A stretch of DNA of 32,000 bases. It comes from Candidatus Electrothrix yaqonensis. GTDB lineage: Bacteria > Desulfobacterota > Desulfobulbia > Desulfobulbales > Desulfobulbaceae. Below, one piece after another: positions 26,695-32,000 of this stretch; positions within the stretch are counted from its first letter, which is position 1; each line of letters begins with the position of its first letter. The stretch spans positions 3,210,001 through 3,242,000 of the forward strand of contig CP178758.1 of the NCBI GenBank assembly GCA_047651235.1, read 5' to 3'. Made by a program: the position numbers and the translations under genes. The notes under the pieces are model-generated. The model was not told where the DNA came from and made no database searches. It saw only the letters and a program-made list of their open reading frames with translations.

Positions 26695-27684
26695 TCAGTG
26701 AAACAGCCATGCCCCCCATGCATTCCACGCTGTGTATGGGATATAATCGATCAGGGTCAGCAGCTTCGCCACTGCATTCGGCTTGGAAATAGCGACGTAA
26801 TGACTGCCGGAAATGGTGTACATATTCCAGCCCATCTCCTCAGCCCGATCCCCGAAATGCGAGAACGCCTCAAATGAAAACCAGTCATCCGTAGCGTGAA
26901 CATAGTATTTCTTCACCTCATCATTCCAGTTGAAGGTGAGCGGCTGGTCAAGGGTATGGATCGGCTGGCAATGCTGCCGTGCATCAAGCCAGGCTATCTC
27001 TTCCGGGTCGGTCAGGCCAAAGGCCGCAGCTGGCAGATTGGGAAAGCACCAGAGATTCTCGGATGGAATCGGAAACCCGGCTGCTTCATGAAGTACGGCA
27101 TAATACGTCTCCAGATCTGGAAAATCCCCTGGGGACGGCATTCCTATAGCACTGAAAAAGCTCTGCGGAGGAAATGCATCTGGCTCAGTCTTATCTTCAG
27201 CAAGAGGAACAGCGGCATCGAAAAAGACCATCTTGTCAATCCGCTCCCACGGTTTTTTATATGTCGCCGGTTCCTCTCTCGGTTCTAATAACCCGCCGGT
27301 CTCCACGTCCTGCAGTGCAGCACACACCATACCGGCATAGCTGTGGCAGACCATGACTGCGTCTGTGATATTGTCTATTTCAAGGACATCAGCAACATAC
27401 TGCACGTGCGCAGCCAGATCAATCGATTCACTTGCCTGAGCGTTATTTCTGCCCAGACCGGGCAAGGTCAGCGTCACGACCCGATATCCTCTTTCTCTCA
27501 GTTTCTCGGCAACGCCTTTATCCGCATCCGGTCCGTCCCACACGGCTTGGTCACCGAAAGCACCATGCACCAGCACAAAAGTTTTCTTGTCTGATTCCGC
27601 AGAGACGTCTGTGACCGGCGTCAAAATAAAGGCGGCAGCCAGTGCCAACACGGTGATTGTTCCGAGAATTCTTCTTTTCTGCAT
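26695..27684 (-). CDS. Secreted alpha/beta-fold hydrolase
   Basis: Signal peptide MQKRRILGTITVLALAAAFILTPVTDVSA. The oxyanion region VLVHGAFG and the nucleophile elbow CHSYAG. Confidence 0.8.
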   Translation of the reverse strand: MQKRRILGTITVLALAAAFILTPVTDVSAESDKKTFVLVHGAFGDQAVWDGPDADKGVAEKLRERGYRVVTLTLPGLGRNNAQASESIDLAAHVQYVADVLEIDNITDAVMVCHSYAGMVCAALQDVETGGLLEPREEPATYKKPWERIDKMVFFDAAVPLAEDKTEPDAFPPQSFFSAIGMPSPGDFPDLETYYAVLHEAAGFPIPSENLWCFPNLPAAAFGLTDPEEIAWLDARQHCQPIHTLDQPLTFNWNDEVKKYYVHATDDWFSFEAFSHFGDRAEEMGWNMYTISGSHYVAISKPNAVAKLLTLIDYIPYTAWNAWGAWLFH

Positions 27685-27831
27685 TTTTTCTCCTTGTGGC
27701 AGATTTATGTTCCCGGTTCAGGGGCAGCCCTGAACGCCATTTGTTCCATAAAAACAGAAAAAAGAAAGCAGGTCAAGAGTCAGTTCAGTTATTTCAGCAT
27801 GTTGATAGCGATTCATATTCTCATTCATGCA

Positions 27832-28047
27832 TCATTCTCTCTCCCGCTTCAGCCGCCGGTGGCGGAACCAAAAACCGAAGCCGCTCAGCGCAAGTCCTCC
27901 GGCAACAACCACATAGCGGGCAATCATCACGTCGATCCTGATGACCGCAATCAGCACCAGCAGCAGCCCCATGACGATCAGCAGCCAGTCCGTCACCACC
28001 GCAATGAACTGGCTGATCCTGCGGCCTGTTTCCTGCAGAAAAGTCAT
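27832..28047 (-). CDS. Small two-TM membrane protein of unknown function
   Basis: 71-aa ORF with two hydrophobic helices and a basic tail, RHRRLKRERE. Its start overlaps the stop of an upstream 48-codon ORF (TGATG). Confidence 0.4.
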   Translation of the reverse strand: MTFLQETGRRISQFIAVVTDWLLIVMGLLLVLIAVIRIDVMIARYVVVAGGLALSGFGFWFRHRRLKRERE

Positions 28048-28193
28048 CAGGTCCGCTCCACCGTATACAATACTACATCGTTGCCCTGCCGCTGCTTCTG
28101 CAGAACGCGCCCGTCATTGATCTGCACGACCCGGTCCATCCGTTTCGCGGTATCCGGGGAAACAAGAAAACTAAACTGCTGGCCGCTGCGCAT
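28047..28193 (-). CDS. Possible 48-aa ORF (MRSGQQFSFLVSPDTAKRMDRVVQINDGRVLQKQRQGNDVVLYTVERT)
   Basis: It falls below the ORF-track size cutoff and is translationally coupled to 27832..28047. No clear RBS. Confidence 0.25.
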   Translation of the reverse strand: MRSGQQFSFLVSPDTAKRMDRVVQINDGRVLQKQRQGNDVVLYTVERT

Positions 28194-28229
28194 CTGTTTG
28201 AGACGTAACCTTACGTCTTTGAATCCCTT

Positions 28230-28325
28230 TCAGCAGTCGCCGCAATAATCAGGAATTTTTCCGTACTCATTCAGCTGCTCCATCATTACTGTCTCCCTTG
28301 TCTCCCTGTTTTGTTCATCGCTCAT
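28230..28325 (-). CDS. Possible 31-aa ORF (MSDEQNRETRETVMMEQLNEYGKIPDYCGDC) coupled to leuA
   Basis: Its ATG overlaps the leuA stop (ATGA). C-terminal CxxC-like YCGDC. Confidence 0.25.
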   Translation of the reverse strand: MSDEQNRETRETVMMEQLNEYGKIPDYCGDC

Positions 28326-30025
28326 CGTCCTGCCAGCATTCGGTTGACCGCACTGAGCAGCGCCTTGATGGACGAGATGATGATATCCGTGTCCACACCT
28401 GCGCCCCACCAAGCTTCACCGGTCCCGTCTGACCGGTTGTCCGTTACCTCAATATAGGTGACGGCTTTGGACGAGGAACCCTCGGTCAGGGCGTGTTCAT
28501 GATAAGAGGTCAGGGCAAAGTCCAAGCCTGCGTCTTTCTGCAACGCAGCACAGAAAGCATCCAGCGGCCCGTTGCCTGAAGCCTGCAGACGGATTTCCCC
28601 TCTGCCGTTCATTTCCACCACCGCTTCAATATCAGCGGCAGAGGCGGTCTCATTGTCGTCAATATGCCGTTTCAGCACATTGAACTGCTTGAGCAGAAAG
28701 CCGCCCTGCTGCTGCTCCAAGTATTCCCGTGCAAACACCGCATAGACCGCCTCATTGGCCAGCTCTCTGCCGATCCGCTCGCTTTCCTCCTGCATGACCC
28801 GGCCGAATCCCGGACGCATCTTTTTGGGCAGCTTGTAGCCGAACTGCCGGTTCATAATGTACGCAGCCCCGCCCTTGCCGGACTGGCTGTTGATGCAGAT
28901 GATGGACTCGTAGGTACGGCCCACATCCTGCGGATCAATGGGCAGATAGGGCACAGCCCAGATGCCGGATTCAGCGGAGGCCACTGCATCCATGCCCTTG
29001 CTGATGGCATCCTGATGGGAACCGGAAAAGGCGGTGTAGACCAGCTCGCCGACATAGGGATGCCGGGGATGGACCGGCAGGTCAGTGCAGTATCTGTATA
29101 CCCTGGCCACCCGGTTGATATCGGAAAAATCCAGCTTCGGATCAACCCCCTGGCTGAACATGTTCAGGGCCAGAGTGATGATATCCACGTTGCCGGTACG
29201 CTCGCCGTTACCGAACAGGGTGCCCTCGACCCGGTCCCCGCCGGCCATCAGGGCCAGCTCCGTGGCTGCCACGGCACAGCCCCGGTCGTTATGGGCATGC
29301 AGACTGATCCGGGCGCAGTCCCGGTTCTTCATCCTGCGGATAAACCACTCAATCCGGTCGGCATAGACATTGGGCGTAGACATCTCCACGGTCGCGGGCA
29401 GGTTGATGATCACAGGCCGCTCTGGCGTCGGTTCCCAGACCTCCATGACCGCCTCGCAGATTTCCAGGGCAAACTCGTCTTCTGTGCCGGTAAAACTTTC
29501 CGGTGAATACTCGTAGCGGACCTCACCGTCAGCCTGTTCAGCCTCTTCCCGGATGACCTTTGCCCCCTGCACACCCAGCCCGATGATCTCCTGCATCCCC
29601 ATTTTGAAGACTACATCCCGCTGCAGGGTGGAGGTGGAGTTGTACAGATGGACGATGCTCTTCTTCACCCCGCGCAGGGCGGCAAAACTCCGGCGGATCA
29701 GGTGCTCGCGGGCCTGGGTCAGCACCTGGACCGTGACGTCATCAGGTATCCGATTTTCCTCGACCAGCAGGCGGAGAAAATCATACTCAACCTGGGAGGC
29801 TGCCGGGAAACCGACTTCGATCTCCTTAAAGCCGATCTTGATGAGCAGTTCAAACATCTTCAGCTTCTGCTCCAGATTCATGGGCTGGCGCAGGGCCTGG
29901 TTGCCGTCGCGCAGGTCCACCGAACACCAGTCCGGTGCAGCGGTAATAGTTTTATCCGGCCAGGTGCGGTCGGGCAGCGGCACGGTGGGACAGGGGCGAT
30001 ATTTTTTCAGTTTATCTGCCTGCAT
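28322..30025 (-). CDS. leuA: 2-isopropylmalate synthase (long form)
   Basis: The start is trimmed to the ATG at 30025. N-terminus MQADKLKKYRPCPTVPLPDRTWPDKTITAAPDWCSVDLRDGNQAL. Motifs HAHNDRGCAVA and LFGNGERTGN, plus a C-terminal LeuA dimerisation/regulatory domain. Confidence 0.92.
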   Translation of the reverse strand: MQADKLKKYRPCPTVPLPDRTWPDKTITAAPDWCSVDLRDGNQALRQPMNLEQKLKMFELLIKIGFKEIEVGFPAASQVEYDFLRLLVEENRIPDDVTVQVLTQAREHLIRRSFAALRGVKKSIVHLYNSTSTLQRDVVFKMGMQEIIGLGVQGAKVIREEAEQADGEVRYEYSPESFTGTEDEFALEICEAVMEVWEPTPERPVIINLPATVEMSTPNVYADRIEWFIRRMKNRDCARISLHAHNDRGCAVAATELALMAGGDRVEGTLFGNGERTGNVDIITLALNMFSQGVDPKLDFSDINRVARVYRYCTDLPVHPRHPYVGELVYTAFSGSHQDAISKGMDAVASAESGIWAVPYLPIDPQDVGRTYESIICINSQSGKGGAAYIMNRQFGYKLPKKMRPGFGRVMQEESERIGRELANEAVYAVFAREYLEQQQGGFLLKQFNVLKRHIDDNETASAADIEAVVEMNGRGEIRLQASGNGPLDAFCAALQKDAGLDFALTSYHEHALTEGSSSKAVTYIEVTDNRSDGTGEAWWGAGVDTDIIISSIKALLSAVNRMLAGR

Positions 30026-30050
30026 TCCATTCCTCACAAAAGATAGACAT

Positions 30051-30085
30051 AAAAAAAGCCACAGTTCATGCACTGAACCGTGGCT
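30051..30085 (-). terminator. Attenuator terminator in the leuA leader
   Basis: On the minus strand: AGCCACGGTTCA-GTGC-ATGAACTGTGGCT followed by TTTTTTT, ending about 25 nt before the leuA ATG. Confidence 0.65.
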
Positions 30086-30122
30086 GCCGGATTGTTTCTG
30101 TTCTTTTCTTCTTTTTAACTGC

Positions 30123-30209
30123 TCAGAACAGACTTCTTCCTTCTGCCACAGCCGCGCTGTGCAGTCCGGATAGGAGGCCAAGAAGGAGAAGAAGTCTGTT
30201 GAAAATCAT
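30123..30209 (-). CDS. Leucine-rich leader peptide (28 aa): MIFNRLLLLLGLLSGLHSAAVAEGRSLF
   Basis: Five consecutive Leu codons (CTT CTT CTC CTT CTT), 8 Leu in total. The Leu-codon segment can pair with GCAGAAGGAAGAAGTCTGTT downstream. It lies between the promoter and the terminator. Confidence 0.6.
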   Translation of the reverse strand: MIFNRLLLLLGLLSGLHSAAVAEGRSLF

Positions 30210-30237
30210 AGTCGCTTGTTTCCTGATGATACCTCCC

Positions 30238-30265
30238 ATCATAAGACAGGGTTCTGCATTGTCAA
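30238..30265 (-). promoter_or_regulatory. Sigma70-type promoter of the leu leader and leuA
   Basis: On the minus strand: TTGACA (30260-30265), 16 nt spacer, TATGAT (30238-30243). Confidence 0.55.
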
Positions 30266-30334
30266 GCATCAATTTTGCTTTGGGAAAAAATAACTTCTGA
30301 ATTTACTGTGAGCTACGTTACTGCAATTCCCCTG

Positions 30335-30363
30335 TTGACACGGGAAGATATGTTTCGTAAATT
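30335..30363 (+). promoter_or_regulatory. Candidate sigma70-type promoter facing the ept gene
   Basis: TTGACA (30335-30340), 17 nt spacer, TAAATT (30358-30363). Confidence 0.35.
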
Positions 30364-30381
30364 GATTGATCGTAATGTTTC

Positions 30382-30430
30382 AATATAGAAGCATGTTTTC
30401 CAGACAGCTTCTATATTTTATCGTGTTTTT
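30382..30430 (+). promoter_or_regulatory. Terminator-like hairpin in the putative ept leader
   Basis: AATATAGAAGC, 14 nt loop, GCTTCTATATT, followed by TTATCGTGTTTTTCTT. Confidence 0.35.
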
Positions 30431-30596
30431 CTTGCAGAAAAACTCATGCAGGGGAATTGCAGCAAAAAAATGAATAATCAGTATTCGTTCCCGGAATTCC
30501 GAACAGAATATCGGATAAAATGAGGATAAACGGAAGCGATAAAGCGTTCCGGGAAACTGAACATTCTCTCCTGTCAGTCAAGTCAGTCAAAAAAGG

Positions 30597-32000
30597 ATGT
30601 TGGCAAATTATCTTTCCGACCTTATTTCTGGAAAAAGGCAGATCACAGCAACAAAACTTTTGTTCCTTCTCTCTCTGTTCTTTGTTGCTATATACAACAT
30701 AGCTTTTTTTCGCCACATCTTAGCAGTATACCCTTTGTCTCCAAAGAATTTTTATTTTTTAATCTCATTAACTGCCGGAATAACCTTTGTTATATTTTTA
30801 TTGTTCACCCTGATAACCTCAGCAGGCGGAACAAAACCGATCCTGATATTTTTTCTTATAACATCATCCGTTGCAGCATATTTCATGGACAGCTATGATG
30901 TCGTCATAGACCACATCATGATGCAGAACATAGCTGAAACAGACTGGTCGGAAACCTATGATCTGCTGAATATAAAAATACTGTATTATCTTCTGCTCCT
31001 CGGCCTGCTGCCGAGCTGGTTTGTATACCGGGTCAGGATTACAGCCGAATCTCTGAAAAAATCGATTTTCCGCAAAATACGGGATAGCTTTGTTGCCGTC
31101 CTGTTAATCTTTGCAATAATTTTAACATTCAGCAGGTTCTATACTTCATTCTTCAGAGAGCATAAGCCGCTACGGTATTACAGCAATCCCGGGTATTATG
31201 TTTATTCCTTCGGGAAATACATAAGCCAGAACTTCAATCTGCATAAAAAAACAGTCTCTCCGCTCGGGCTTGATGCGGAAGCAACTGAGCCCACTCATGA
31301 CGAACAGCAAAAAGAATTGGTGATCCTCGTTGTCGGAGAAGCGGCCAGAGCAGATCATTTTTCCTTAAACGGTTATCCGAAAGAAACAAATCCTCTGTTA
31401 AAAAAAGAGGATATCATAAGTATGAGCAGAGTATTCTCCTGCGGGACATCTACAGCGTATTCCGTTCCCTGTATGTTTTCTGTTTTTCCACGAGCAGAAT
31501 TCAGCCACAGCAGGGGCAAGGCAAATGAAAATGTATTGGACGTATTGCACCATACAGGTTTTGTCGATATCTTATGGCGGGATAACAACTCTGATTCAAA
31601 AGGTGTTGCCCTGCGTGTTGCTTATGAAGATTACAGCCTTCCGGAAAACAATACTCTTTGTTCAGATGGGGAATGCAGAGACGAGGGTATGCTGGTCGGG
31701 CTTGATCAGTATATTGCGGAACATCAGGGGAGAGATATTCTGATCATTCTCCATCAGATGGGAAATCACGGTCCGGCCTATTATAAAAGATACCCGAAAG
31801 CATTTGAACAATTCACCCCGGCCTGTACAACAAATCAGCTAGAAGAATGCACGCAGGAGGAAATAATCAATGCGTATGACAATGCGCTGTTATATACAGA
31901 CTACTTCCTGTCCAAGGTGATTGATCTGTTAAAAAAATATGATAAAAACCATGAAACGGCGATGATCTACTTCAGTGATCACGGTGAGAGCCTGGGAGAA
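30597..32000 (+). CDS. eptA: Phosphoethanolamine transferase of the EptA/PmrC/MCR family; 3' end lies beyond the window
   Basis: It is absent from the ORF track because no stop falls in the window. My translation gives 5 N-terminal TM helices, then VILVVGEAARADHFSLNGYPKETNP, SCGTSTAYSVPCMFS, LHQMGNHGPAYYKRYP, YDNALLYTDYF and YFSDHGESLGE. These match the E. coli EptA motif order. Confidence 0.9.
   Translation, partial: MLANYLSDLISGKRQITATKLLFLLSLFFVAIYNIAFFRHILAVYPLSPKNFYFLISLTAGITFVIFLLFTLITSAGGTKPILIFFLITSSVAAYFMDSYDVVIDHIMMQNIAETDWSETYDLLNIKILYYLLLLGLLPSWFVYRVRITAESLKKSIFRKIRDSFVAVLLIFAIILTFSRFYTSFFREHKPLRYYSNPGYYVYSFGKYISQNFNLHKKTVSPLGLDAEATEPTHDEQQKELVILVVGEAARADHFSLNGYPKETNPLLKKEDIISMSRVFSCGTSTAYSVPCMFSVFPRAEFSHSRGKANENVLDVLHHTGFVDILWRDNNSDSKGVALRVAYEDYSLPENNTLCSDGECRDEGMLVGLDQYIAEHQGRDILIILHQMGNHGPAYYKRYPKAFEQFTPACTTNQLEECTQEEIINAYDNALLYTDYFLSKVIDLLKKYDKNHETAMIYFSDHGESLGE

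Larger units (their letters stand above)
30321..30462. repeat. 14-bp perfect inverted repeat pair (CTGCAATTCCCCTG / CAGGGGAATTGCAG) enclosing about 114 bp
   Basis: Arms at 30321-30334 and 30449-30462. The enclosed sequence holds a promoter-like site and an inner 11-bp hairpin. Confidence 0.6.

Noticed and set aside
26027-26728. 233-aa minus-strand ORF spanning the MFS fragment and its upstream region
   Set aside because: It overlaps the MFS frame and the hydrolase terminator and has an implausible composition. The 108-aa MFS frame has real family motifs.
30026-30237. T-box riboswitch in the leuA leader
   Set aside because: No T-box consensus (..GGTGGTACCGCG..) is visible. A Leu-rich leader peptide plus a terminator explains the structure better.

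Overview
This looks like a chromosomal window from an anaerobic, probably Desulfobacterota-like bacterium; the taxon is a low-confidence inference. Housekeeping genes (xseA, thiC, ssb, a cbpA-like J-protein, leuA) alternate with accessory material. The main candidate system is a two-gene operon at 21297-25889. It encodes a small single-TM protein followed by a roughly 1,330-aa protein with a caspase-like domain, a P-loop STAND-type NTPase and at least 13 near-identical 30/33-aa repeats. That large gene is split by a 103-bp MITE. An identical copy of the MITE, in inverted orientation, splits a PhnD-like binding-protein gene at 2258-2364. A different MITE-like element splits thiC. Other notable content: a secreted caspase/FGE-sulfatase fusion in a tight operon with xseA; an ATP-grasp/DmpA fusion in an operon with an HDAC-like deacetylase and a CDF transporter; a Leu-rich leader-peptide attenuator upstream of leuA; gene remnants (HepT, MvhD-like, MFS, PKD); a REP-like GC hairpin family; and an EptA/MCR-family gene that runs off the window end and is missing from the ORF track. 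All calls come from reading the sequence and ORF translations by eye, with hand-counted coordinates. No database search was run.
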